DNA of 62,195 nucleotides, the filler included, from Basidiobolus ranarum (lineage: Eukaryota), in the NCBI GenBank assembly GCA_040143965.1. It is 11 parts of 11 records of this genome, joined end to end, with 100 filler letters (N's around TTAATTAATTAA, not from the genome) between each part and the next. Parts side by side here need not be neighbours in the genome. Positions count along the whole stretch, not along the records: positions 39,693 to 45,251 come from JASJQH010008430.1; positions 45,352 to 50,902 come from JASJQH010008431.1; positions 51,003 to 56,550 come from JASJQH010008432.1; 8 more parts are not named here. The stretch is one strand, 5' to 3'. The translations under genes were made by a program, and so were the position numbers. The notes below the pieces were generated by a model. The model did no database searches. It was not told where the DNA came from and was given only the letters and a program-made list of their open reading frames with translations. Positions 40,137-51,479 of this stretch are shown here, piece after piece; the first letter of the stretch is position 1, and the number at the start of each line of letters is the position of its first letter.

Positions 40137-40792
40137 CCATCAAGTAGTAGGCTAATATCCAAAATATCAAATAGTCACTTCAGGAGTGCAAAAGTTGGGA
40201 ATCTCAAGAGTCAATCATCAACCATTCAAGGGCTTTAATAAAGCAATATGGTGTAACCCCTTTGCGGTTAGGTGAAATCGCATCATACAAATAGCCCTTA
40301 CTAAAGATAATAAAATCATAAACCATGTACAGCATTTAGTAAATAAATATTTAAATCATGAAAGCGAATCACTTCCTGTCAACCAGTCATTATTTTAAAC
40401 ATCACAAATTGCTATTATTACAAAAGTGAGATAAATTATACGTACTTCACCACTAGATCACAGCATATAGGTATCATTAAAAGCATGTTTAATAATCTGA
40501 TTAATTTGTCACACATTCAACAGTTCACTTTAATTTGGTTAACTTGGTAGTTTGTGAGAACGTATGCAGATAAGCTTAAAATAGTAAAATTTCCCGTATT
40601 CAGTATTCCACCAATGAATCCATGATCACCTGTCTATCCAGTCCAAAACGGATATTTAATTGAACCCTTGATAAATCATCAGCAATATTGATTTAATTTG
40701 ATTGATCGAGGCAATATTGATCATCCACAATTTCCGAAATCCCTGAGAACATTTAACCATGGTGGAAAGGAAAGGTTAGGTAGGGTCAGGTG

Positions 40793-40890
40793 ATGACGTC
40801 ATAAACTAAGCCATGACTTCCAAGTAGAGCAAGAAGGAAGGCTAGATGCGTCGATGAATAAAGGTGATTACAATGAATAGAGTATAAAGA
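40793..40890 (+). promoter_or_regulatory. Palindromic CRE/ATF site and TATA box upstream of the Stf2-like gene
   Basis: ATGACGTCAT at 40793-40802, TATAAA at 40883-40888 and ATG at 40946. Confidence 0.55.
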
Positions 40891-40945
40891 GAAGGAAGAG
40901 AAACGATCAAGAGAATCAATTCATTCAATCCATCCACCTTTCAGT

Positions 40946-41161
40946 ATGACTTTAGCCGATAAGAAAACTCATGTACCCAAGAGCCGTGAACATCATGTCT
41001 CCCGTAATGGTGCACCTGCCGATCCCAACTTTATGAAGAAACAAGGTGCTGGCCGTGGTAACTGGGGATCCTACGAAGACGATCTTGAGGAAGAGGTCCA
41101 CGATGTTGCCCCCACAAGCCAAAAGACCCAAACTAAAATCAACGTTGTCCCTCAAGAGTAG
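40946..41161 (+). CDS. Stf2/Tma10-like small hydrophilin (HABP4/PAI-RBP1-type motif), 71 aa
   Basis: PNFMKKQGAGRGNWGSYEDDL matches the KKxGxGxxNWG signature. The protein is hydrophilic and has biased codon use. Confidence 0.82.
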   Translation: MTLADKKTHVPKSREHHVSRNGAPADPNFMKKQGAGRGNWGSYEDDLEEEVHDVAPTSQKTQTKINVVPQE

Positions 41162-41918
41162 CCGATTTCAACCAAGCATTCACACTTTTTCACCTCACTC
41201 TACTCACATGGCATTTCTTGATTTGTACATGCATCATGTTCATAGTTTACCACTAGCTGTAGCCCTAGTCCTAGTCCTAGCACTTACCCTTTCCTTTACC
41301 CTAACCCAAATCATGCAGGAGAATTAAACATAATATTCACTCATAATTTCAGCCCATTATACTTTGCTTTAACCCGAGAAAAAATGGCCCTATTATTTGG
41401 TCACTCTATCGCCCTGAACTATAAATAACCCTTTCGAGGTTACATCGCACTCGCACAGAATTCATGGAAAGAGTGAGAACAATTAAGAACGACTTAGTTG
41501 GTTTGCCACAAAGAAGCAAGGAAAACCGGATTTCAGTTCACAAATGAACGCCTAAACATTCCAGTGACTTGATTGTTGGCTTGAATGGAACATGTAAATG
41601 TGTGTTACATTGCTTGAGTATTTCTGATTTGCCGTAGAAGTTAAGCTTACAACCAGAGTGGTTCCTAGATGTCACACCAAGGCAGTACTAGTCTTTATTA
41701 AGTTAAAATATTCATAGGATGAACTAAAACCGATAGTGCAGAATGATAGTGCAGAAATTTTCCAAATCAGTTAGTTGAAAACCGGTTCATTCTATCCAAC
41801 CCAGTGATATTCTTGCTTGAATATCCTTTAAAAAGACTCCTACAGTCGGTAAGGAAAGGCAGTTCATCTTCTCATTTTATCTCTTGAAGGGATATCTTTA
41901 CTCTTTCTCATTTCGACA

Positions 41919-42743
41919 ATGATTGGTCTCAAATTAGCTAGTACCGCATTCGCAGCTCTCACAGTGTTCGTAACTTTGTCAGACGCTCACTCTTGGGTGG
42001 ATTGTATGGATTGGAGATTCAAAAATCCTTCCAAGCCAAGCTTCGATGATAACGCTGGTGATTGTTACGGTTTCGCTCGTCGTTTCCCAGTGAAGCAGAA
42101 GGGTGGAAAATACCTCGGCCAATACGCTTTTGGCTCCCTCGATTCTACTGGCGCTAGTCGTCACTACAAGCAAAGTGAAAAAAGTCCAGGTAAGTCGAAA
42201 AATGTCATGTGATGATATGATTTCCTCTCTGTGGATGGAACTATCATTTAACAATTAAGATTTCTTTATTTAATCATATTTATTCCCTTTACAGATACCT
42301 GGCCTGCCTGCTCCACTGGTAAACGTCTTAGCAACGATGAAGAAGTTGGTACTGATGAGACCCGTGCCAACCCTGTATCCAAGGCTTATGGTACCAAATG
42401 GGGACCTATGACTGTTGTCAAAGCTGGACAACAACTTTGTGTTCGCTGGCCTGCCAAGAACCACAAGGATGAGCCCAACAACATTGTTTACATCAACATG
42501 CCTCCTACTGCCTCTGCCAAGGATCCTTCTCAGAAAGACTTGAACAAGTGGAACATTGCCAAGCTTCAATTCGGTAACTGCTTCAGTGGTGGTTCCGATA
42601 AAGCCCGTTGCGGTGGCTGCTTCAACGTTCCCAAGGACCGCAAGCCTGGAGACTATCTTATTCAATGGAGATGGATGCTCAAGGGTGATGATGGCAAGGG
42701 TGAATGGTACACTTCTTGCTCCGATGTTCAAGTCACTAAATAA
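41919..42743 (+). CDS. Secreted histidine-brace (LPMO-like) protein, paralogue 1, 239 aa
   Basis: Exons 41919-42189 and 42295-42743. A 23-aa signal peptide ends SDA, and the mature N-terminus is HSWVDC. Motifs WPAKNH, QWRW and EWYTSCSD; 8 Cys. The gene is well supported; the function is inferred. Confidence 0.8.
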
Positions 42744-43093
42744 TCTTATCGCTTTCTTCATGCTACATATTATCCATGATTTTGCTCTATCAGGTTTTGA
42801 TATTCCCCTTATGATATATTAAGCCTTTTTCTAATGTAATAGGCTTAATTAATTAGTTAATACATAATTCATCCAATAATTCCAAATATATCATTTCGTG
42901 AATTCTTCTTATCAATTTGTCCCAATTTCATGATCTCCATATTAATCCATCCTGATTTTACTTATTTGTGATATTAATTTGTCCAGATTTATTATAGTTA
43001 GTCTATGTTTAAGGGCGGATTCTATATGTGACTGATATCATGCATCCTGTGAAAGGTAAAGTGACATTCTAGTAGTTGAAGGGATTATCTGTT

Positions 43094-43945
43094 CTAAAAT
43101 GACCGGGCCATTCTAAAGGACCGTCGTTGTTTGGGGTTGACTTTTTTAGTGCTAGTGTTAACTTTCTCATTAGTGATGCGAACATCGGAGCAGGAGGTGT
43201 ACCATTCAGAAGTGTTTCTAACTCCATTTAACTTCCACCTCCATTGAATGACATAATCACCCACTCCACGATCCTCTGGAATGGTGAAGCAACCACCACA
43301 GCGAGCCTTATCGGAGCCACCAGAAAAGCAATTTCCGTAGTCAAGCTTGGCAATAGTCCACTGATTGAATTGACGCTGGGTAGGGTCTTGACTCATGGGG
43401 GTAGGTGGCATGTTAATGTAGACGATATTATCAGGTTCGTCTTTGTGATTTTTGGCAGGCCAGCGAACACATAATCGTTGTCCAGCCTTTGCCACTGTCA
43501 TTGGTCCCCATTTTCCTTGTCCATAAGCACTCTCAATTGGGTTAGCTTTGGTTTCATCTGAGCCAATCTCTTCATCTCCATTTTTGTAGGATTTACCGGT
43601 AGAACAAGCAGGCCAATCATCTAATTCAAGATATCATTTAGAGATGCCATGTAAATGAAGAATTTCCATTAACTTACCTGGATTTTGGATGGATTGTTTA
43701 TAGTGACGACTGGGGTTGATGGAGTCTAAAGACCCAAATCCATACTTTGGGACGGGTTTGTTCTCATTGAATGTGACCGGATATCGACGTGCATACCCAG
43801 CACAAGTACCTGCGTTATCATCAAAACTTTGCTTCCCACCGTTAAATCTCCAATCCATACAATCTACCCACGAATGAGCCTCATTCATAGCTGGCATTAT
43901 CATGACAACCATCCAAGAAGTTACGAACAGTTTTAAATGAAACAT
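43094..43945 (-). CDS. Secreted histidine-brace (LPMO-like) protein, paralogue 2, 264 aa
   Basis: Exons 43945-43678 and 43620-43094, with the intron at the same position and phase as in paralogue 1. NEA|HSWVDC, WPAKNH, QWRW and EWYTSCSD, plus a basic C-terminal extension. Confidence 0.8.
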
Positions 43946-44446
43946 AGGTAGAGGTGGAGGAGAAAGGGGTTAAGGTTAAAAGGAAAGGAAGGGAAAGGAA
44001 AAGAAAGGTGGGGATTAATAAAAGTGGAGTTAGAATAACTACTAAATCGAATAGGATTCAGTTCAACGAAATATTCCCATTATTTATAGTCGTCTTTCAA
44101 CTAGATTAACTGTTGAAAATACAATGAACTCTTCCGCATAATACAAGTCATTCAGGCGATCTACCTCGTGAACCTTCATTATATTTCATTATCCATTGGT
44201 TTTGGAACCATCCAACGGTCACGTGATAGAAACCTCAACCCCTTCAATATGATTCAGAAGAATTAGCTCTTTAAACGACCACTTTCTATCCAATGATTTA
44301 AACAAAAAGCAAAAGCCACTTATATGAATGAATTTCCAGAAGAAATTTGAATATGTTTATTCCTGTATATCAAGTATACTAGGGAATCTTAAGTGTGGTA
44401 TGTGATTGAATCATGTGTATAAGATACGAGGGAGAACGAAAAGACG

Positions 44447-45251
44447 TTACAGATGAATAAATATGTGCAAGCAAAAATAGGCATAGGCCGCGTCAATTCC
44501 AACCCCAACTGCTACACCATTTTCGATACCATCTTTTTCAAGAATTCGGATTTTATCGCCAGGTGGGATAGAGCCGGCTGCCACATACGCCATATATGTG
44601 ATATTGTCGAGAACGAGTTGAACCAGCTCACCAACCTCGGAAATTTGTAGAAACTGAGTTGCTGGATAGATAGGAATACTACCGGGGTCACCAATCATCT
44701 CCTGGTATAAAATCAAGTCTGTCCGTCCGGATTCTTGAAGAAATATACCCAAAGGAATCGCGTTACGGTATAATTCCCCATTCTCAGGCGTTTCAGTGGT
44801 TTGAACGTTTATCCATATGAGAAGCAAGCGTAATCCGATCTCACGAAGTTTGTGGTGATTACCATTATTCAGTATCTGAGACAAGACATTTGCTAACACG
44901 TAGTTCGTGAGTTAAAGAGTTGCTTACTGAGAGACAATCTATTTGTATTTACCTATTTCTTTTTTATGCCATCCTTGCCGAATTCTATCAGGTAATAACA
45001 AAAAAAGCTTTCGCAGGAGCATTAAAATTTTAATTAAAGTTACCATATCTTTAGAATTGAATGAGTTGGGCCTCTCTGAGCGTTCTAAATATTTTCAAAT
45101 ACATGTTTGAATCAGTAACAGTTAAAGTCTCAGTATACAAGTGTTTCAATCGAACAGGACTAGCGAATATACCTAATACAGATAAATGAAAGCAATTCAG
45201 AGTAACTTACTTCTAATTTTATCGGTTTGGGCAATGAAAGAGTTATAAATG
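44447..45251 (-). CDS. RalGAP alpha subunit-like N-terminal region (partial, apparently truncated)
   Basis: Exons edge-45211, 45084-44953 and 44892 onward splice to LRKLFLLLPDRIRQGWHKKEIANVLSQILNNGNHHKLREIGLRLLLIW. This resembles RALGAPA (KILQLLPERIHQRWQ...[21 protein letters not shown], recalled from memory). Confidence 0.7.
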
Positions 45252-45351
45252 NNNNNNNNNNNNNNNNNNNNNNNNNNNNNNNNNNNNNNNNNNNNTTAAT
45301 TAATTAANNNNNNNNNNNNNNNNNNNNNNNNNNNNNNNNNNNNNNNNNNNN

Positions 45352-46058
45352 GTACTTTTCAAAGTGGTGAAATTAGCCCCAAAGGTATAGGCAAGCAAAA
45401 AGCCACACAAACACCACAAAGCACCCTCAGTAGTGTCACAATACAAGGGTGTACAAAAATAGTCAAAGTGCTTGAGGAGTATTTTCAAAAGTATGAAGGG
45501 AAAAATGCTATGCAAGTATGCAGAAAGTGGCTTCAGAAGAAGAACATTCAACATGACATTCAGTCTGGTGTTGACCATGAAGATATATGCAAAGAACTTG
45601 ATACAGAGTGGCACAATATTGCAGGGTATCTGCCAGATAGCTGGAAAAATGTTGATTCAGCAACTTTAATACAATGATGGGCTTTGATGGAGATATTGAT
45701 ACAAACTCATGTTGCGTATGAGCTAAACCTTGCATATGAAGAACTCCATGAAAACATTCTGGAGAATATATCAAAGAGACTAAGGATTTCAAAGGTGACA
45801 AATTAGCATTCAAGTGGTAATTGTGTAAAATTTGAGTTACATTTTTTGCACATGTGTTGATCCTTGGTTCACTGATATTGTAGCCAATTGTGTGCAACTA
45901 TTTTGCAAGATCTTGCAATTTCACTCCAGAAACTGAAAAAATTGATTAAAATCAAATCTGACTTGATTATTTTATGACTGTAAGTAAATTGGCAATCCCA
46001 AATGGATTAAAATTGTCATGGTTTTCCTACAATAACAATCCTCAAATTTCTGTTAGGG
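45352..46058 (+). mobile_element. CACTA accessory ORF remnant and terminus B
   Basis: VCRKWLQKKNIQHDIQSGVD motif. Ends AAATTTCTGTTAGGG at 46058. Confidence 0.85.
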
Positions 46059-48066
46059 ATGAGTACGCCCAGATCAGAATCTTGACAGTTTCCTTTCATT
46101 TAGTGATGGCTTCCAGATATCATAGGGCCAGCTTTTCTGGGTAGGCTTCATGGAACTCCTGGCAAAGTTCTTTAGAGTGGGAAAGATATTTAGCTGGTTC
46201 CCACAATTGATCATCTGTTGGGTATCCCATCCAGTCCACAAAACATTGCAATTTCCATTGATAAATCCAGGAATCAAGAATGTTGTTACCTTCATAATTG
46301 GAGTGTTCTTCTACTTGGATTGCTGGGGGTGGGCCACTGAAATGGCCTTGAAAGGTGTTTCTGGAATGTAGCTCTAGGACAGACACATGAAGTACATTAT
46401 GGATTTTATATGGTCTGGGAGTTCAAGGCAGTAGGCTACTGAATATACTTACTTCATAATCTTAAAAGGCCCCAGTCTATGATGATCAGGCTTAACACAA
46501 GGTCAAGTGATCTTGAAATCTTATTGGATCAGTCATACATAATCTCCCAACATGAGATATGTGTATGGCTTTCCTTTCTTATCAGCAAAGTTCTTGTTTT
46601 GGGATTGTGCACACTCCAAATCAGATATTGATTGTTTATGGATATTTTTAAGGAAGGTGGCATGATCTAAGGCAGCAGGTCAAGGTAGATTGAATGGAGG
46701 GTGAAGTGTGAAACAAGGATGGAATCCATAATTTGCAAAGAAAGGAGCATGCTATATTGAGGTATGACAAGAGTTGTTGTGAGTAAATTCAGAAAGATGC
46801 AAGAGATATGTGCAATTATCTTGATCAGAGTTAGTGGTGCATCAAATATCTTGTTCCAAAAGTTGGTTGACTCTTTCTGTTTGGCCATCAGATTGGGGAT
46901 GGAAAGATGTGAAGACATTAGCAGAGATCTCTAAGGTTTGGAAAAGACTTTTCCAAAATTTGGAAGCAAACTTAGGTCCTCAGTCAGAGATGATAGTTTC
47001 CGGAAATACATGTTGGATAAGATATTTTGAATAACCAATGCTGCTGTTTGCTTTGCATCAAGTAACTTGATGCAAGGTGCAAAGTGAGCCATCTTTGTTA
47101 AACAGTTAACAATTACCAGAATTGAATTGTATTTGGCAGACAAAGGGTAGGTCAGTAATGAAATCCAGGGGTCCAAAACCATAGAAACAAGTTTGGTTGA
47201 AATAATATTAATATGCTAAATTGGATCAAACTCAACCAATGATATATCTGAAACTTTAACATTGGAAATTTCAAAATCAAACTTTGGAACCTCAACTTTT
47301 GGAATCTCTGGAGTCTCAACTTTTGGAATCTTTGGAGTCTTGACTTTGGAAATTTCAAGATCAGACTTTGGAACCTCAACTTTTGGAATCTTTGGAGTGT
47401 CAACTTTGGAAATTGCAAGATCAAACTTTGGAACCTCAACTTTTGGAGTTTTAATTGATAGAATTTCAACATCTAGTTTTTTGATATTTCCCATTTTTGG
47501 TATGTGATATTGGCAAAAATTTTGCTTGGAAGTGGCTATAGGAGGCCATAGGGCTGATGTCTTGGAGTTTTGGCTCATTTACATGTATCACTGGTGGAAA
47601 GATGAATCTTGACAAATGTATACATTTTGGTCTACCAATAAGCTTTGGACACCAACATATATGATTTGGGAATACCAAAGTGTCCTGCAAGTGATAATTC
47701 AATTCTTTCCTGCAAGATTTTGAGTCTAGAAGTATGGTCTGGAATGTAGAGGTGCTCCTTTTAAAACAAGAGTTCATTAAAGATGAAGAAGATGTGCCTT
47801 TTATAAAATAAGTAACTATTGATCATGGAAAAGTTGTGATACATGTTCAAGATTGAGAGGCCTTTGGGTGTTTCCTAAGCTTTCTAATTTGATAATACCA
47901 ATGGGTCTTCTGATTGAAGTTTGTGGACTTTGTCATAGAGTATACTTCCACTAGGCAGAGAAATAGCAGTCACACTAATGTGAAGTTGGTGAGGCTTCAC
48001 AAGGGAAGTTTTTTGTTAGCCAAAGACCTCATCTCATTCTTTAGGCTCATATTGTGCTCTATGTGA
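46059..48066 (-). mobile_element. Ty3/gypsy chromovirus remnant (integrase and chromodomain)
   Basis: SILVIVNCLTKMAHFAPC, PQSDGQTERVNQLLEQ, RLGPFKI and chromodomain PPPAIQVE...ILDS...FVDWMGYPTDDQLWEP...QEFHEAYP. Many frameshifts. Confidence 0.88.
47262..47450. repeat. Coding-phase minisatellite in the gypsy remnant
   Basis: Repeated units ACTTTGGAACCTCAACTTTTGGAATC and TTGGAAATTTCAAGATCA. The minus strand reads (IPKVEVPK.D.EISKV.TPK)n. Confidence 0.85.
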
Positions 48067-50205
48067 TCCTAACAGAAATATGAGGATCATCATCATAAGC
48101 AAAACATCAAAATTTTAATCTGTTTTGGATTGACCCCATTTCTATCACCATAAAATTGTCAAGTTAGATTGATTTTAATCATTTTTTTTGGTTTTGGGAG
48201 TGAATTTAAAAAACTCACAAAATAGCTGGACTTGATTGGCTATAATCTTAGAAAATAATGGATCAAGCCATATGCAAAAAATGTGAATTAAATCTCACAT
48301 GTTTACCACTTGAACATTAACTTGACATCTTCAAAATCCCTTGTATCTTGGATGTATTTGCCTAAATACTTTTGTATATTCCTTCATAATCAAGGTTCAG
48401 CTCATATCCAACAAATATTTGTATCAATATTTCCATCAAAGCTGACCATTGTATTAGCATTGCTGAATCAACATTTTTCCTGCTATCCGCAGATCACCTG
48501 CAATATTGTGCCACTCTGTACTAAATTCCTCCCATATGTCTGCATGGTCAACACCAAAATCAATGCCAAGTTGTATGTACCTCTTGTGAAGCCACTGTTG
48601 GCACACTGCACTGCATTCTTCCCTTCATACTTTTGAAAATAATTCTCAAGCAATTTTACTATTTTCAGACATTTTGGTAGTGTGACACTACCAAGGGTGC
48701 TTTGCTGTGCTTATGTGGCTTTATGCTTGTCATGAGGTTTGGGGCTAATATCAAACTTTGAAAAGTACTGGTTAAGGTTGCAGACCCATGGGTATCATTT
48801 GCAGGTGTTTTGGCTTGTTGAGAGATGCCAGGTGCTGAATAAACCTCCAAATTTAGCACTCTTCCAACTGGTGTACTTGGAGGCATGGTAATTTAAGCCA
48901 ATTTGCCAGTATATCTGCTGGCATATCTGACTTTGGAAATACAGATCTTTGTAATAGTGTGAAGATTATGGTAAATGGGACAGTAGAGCCTAAACTCACT
49001 GGCTCCATTGCTTTTCCCTTGGGTTTACTAACTTCTTGATCATTAAGTACATCTTCAGTATTTTTTCTTGCTTTTCCATGTTGCTAATTGCATACATTTT
49101 TGAGATGTTTCATGAGTAGGCTTATACCAGTCCAATTGCCATTTACCTGCTAAAACCCTGCATAAGCAACAAGGAATAAATCAAGAACCTTCAGAAAAAT
49201 GCATGGTTTTAATTTTTTCACAATTGGCTCGAATCAAGGTGATTTTGGGAAAGTTTCAACATAGTTTCCAAAATGTTAAACCATTCATCATCAGAGCAAG
49301 TAACAGCAGCTCTGACATCCAAAGTATTGGATTTGCTGGTTATCCTATGGAATTTCTACTTCAATTCCCCCAAGTAGTTTTTGGTTGTTTTATAGGCTTA
49401 TTGGTCCAACACATATTTTGCTCTACTACACTAGCATGGTGACATTTGTACACATAGTGTGGGATTGATTGAAATCCCATATGAGAATGAACAAAGGGAG
49501 CAGCATAATGCTGTAGCTCAAGTGCAGCATTCCAAAGGGCATTGTATCAATGTTGGGTGATTCTGGAACTGATGACTAGCTACTTCAGAATGCTGCATTT
49601 ATTGCAATTTTGCAGAGTTATTGCTGGTCATTGCCTGTATTGCAAGTTTGTAGTTTCTACTTATGAATGCACGCCAATCATTAGAGTGCTCTGCTTGAGA
49701 TTCCCTTGTTGTATGAATTCTATACAAAATGTCTAAGAAAGGGTGCTCAATAGTTGGCATAGTAGGCATTTTGGAAGTTGATGGTCTAGATGGTGTTTCT
49801 GTTGAGCTTTGATGAGTTATTGACTTGCTACCTAATTGGCAATTGTAATCTCTTCACTTGCACTATTGCTCAAAAGGAACACATTGTGCAAATTGATAAA
49901 TGCTTCATCAAAAATTGAGTTAGTTTTTACCATATCCATGCCTTCCAAAGTGGATAATGGATCACTAGACTGCTCATCAATTAAGTCCTCTGTTCTTGCT
50001 GGTTTCTTTATTTTTTTACCAGGTGGCTTTGGTTTGGAAGCCCATTTTGCTTTATATTTTGAGCACTTTTTGAATGGAATTAAAATTTCCTGATGATAGA
50101 CTTGGTGAAATGAAATTGCTTAAAAACAGCTTGTAATAAACCAAAATTGCCATGTAATACCAGAAATATCTTGCAAATCCTTTGACAACTCATATGTGAC
50201 ACTGT
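48067..50205 (-). mobile_element. CACTA arm: terminus B and the full span of the accessory gene
   Basis: Starts TCCTAACAGAAAT. 48310-48890 is an accessory ORF homologue, and 49600-50200 is an inverted homologue of 59530-60110. Confidence 0.8.
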
Positions 50206-50247
50206 CTCAGAATCAGCTGATGATATTGATGGATATACCTAACATAC

Positions 50248-50902
50248 TCTTGAAGGTAGCATTGCCTAAACATCTGTATATTCATCTATATAGCTTAGTA
50301 CTTGGTAATCTCATAATTCACAAAGATATTTTTCATTATTCTCAATTAGAAATTGCTTATAATTTTTTTGCCAATTGAGCAGTTCTCAGATACACAGATT
50401 TTATAAACTTCTGCTAGAAGCTCCAAACTTTGAACAAAATTTTGTAGGACCTTCCTTGACATACTCTACATTTTAGTTTGCTTACATCTAGACAAAATAA
50501 AAAATGTCAACTTTCTAATCAATAATTGAATAAGTGAAAACCACCAATTCCTCTACTTCTCCAAATCACTTACAACAGGCTTGCAAATACTTAAGAGGTT
50601 ATGAGCCCCAAGCTTGCACTCTCTATAATTTCTACCTCACAGGTTTGTGTGACTTTTCCCTCTTCTGAGAAATTGGATGGAATCAATTATCAAGTTAGGA
50701 AAATTAAAATGCTCCTGCAAGAAAAGGGACCTTGAACACTGCTGTAGGAGAAGAAAGCAATACAACAATATCTGAAACCAAAGTTTTACTGCAGTTTAAA
50801 AACGATCATAGTGCCTTTAACACAATTTTTCTTAATGTTCAAGGCAAATTGCTAATTCAATGTTCAAGAGCTAAAACTGCCAGCAAGCTATGGAAAGCCT
50901 TG
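50248..50902 (+). mobile_element. Copia family A 5' LTR, PBS (50597-50608) and gag start
   Basis: LTR homologue, GGTTATGAGCCC, then MSPKLALSIISTSQVCVTFPSSEKLDGINYQ and later AKTASKLWKAL. Confidence 0.85.
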
Positions 50903-51002
50903 NNNNNNNNNNNNNNNNNNNNNNNNNNNNNNNNNNNNNNNNNNNNTTAATTAATTAANNNNNNNNNNNNNNNNNNNNNNNNNNNNNNNNNNNNNNNNNN
51001 NN

Positions 51003-51479
51003 GCACCATTTGCATCTTGAACTTCCAAAGGTGAAAGTCTTCACCATCAAACTTCTCTGTGGATGCAAAAACATTGGTAATAGTACTGGTAGACATTCCT
51101 TTAACAGCTAGCTCGGGGCTTGTAACCTGATAAAAGTGTTTAGGGGATTTGGAAGTGCTTTGGACAAGATTTGGATTTGTGAATTTGACACTTAAGTTTT
51201 ATTGAATTGAATATGTCCTATTTTTAGTTTACCATAAAATAGGACTATTGGACGTGCTTAGATCTTAACAAACATGCCTGTTAAGCATGGGTGATAATCT
51301 GAGGTGGTTTGGAGAAGTTTTGAGAAAATCATGAAAATTGGTAAAAGTGATCTAATTGATATTTCTATCAATTAGAGCAATAAACATATGTGTTTGAATG
51401 ACAGAATTGAGTACTAAATAATCAGAATATGAATAAACTAACTACTAAATAATGAGTTGCTATTTTCCTAATTTCAACA
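51003..51479 (-). mobile_element. Copia family B 5' LTR (51479-51128), PBS and gag start
   Basis: TGTTGAAATT...TTTTATCA, then GGTTACAAGCCC, then MSTSTITNVFASTEKFDGEDFHLWKFKMQM. Confidence 0.87.

Noticed and set aside
41255-41310. CTAGTC repeats and CCCTAACCC telomere-like bases in the Stf2-like 3' region
   Set aside because: Too short, and consistent with low-complexity UTR sequence.
42270-42761. 163-aa antisense ORF over paralogue 1, and other antisense ORFs over GLT1, SOF1 and CRM1
   Set aside because: These are shadow frames expected from codon bias of the sense gene, with no independent support.
47262-47450. CRISPR-like appearance of short repeats
   Set aside because: The units are contiguous and degenerate with no unique spacers, there are no cas genes, and the context is a eukaryotic retroelement.
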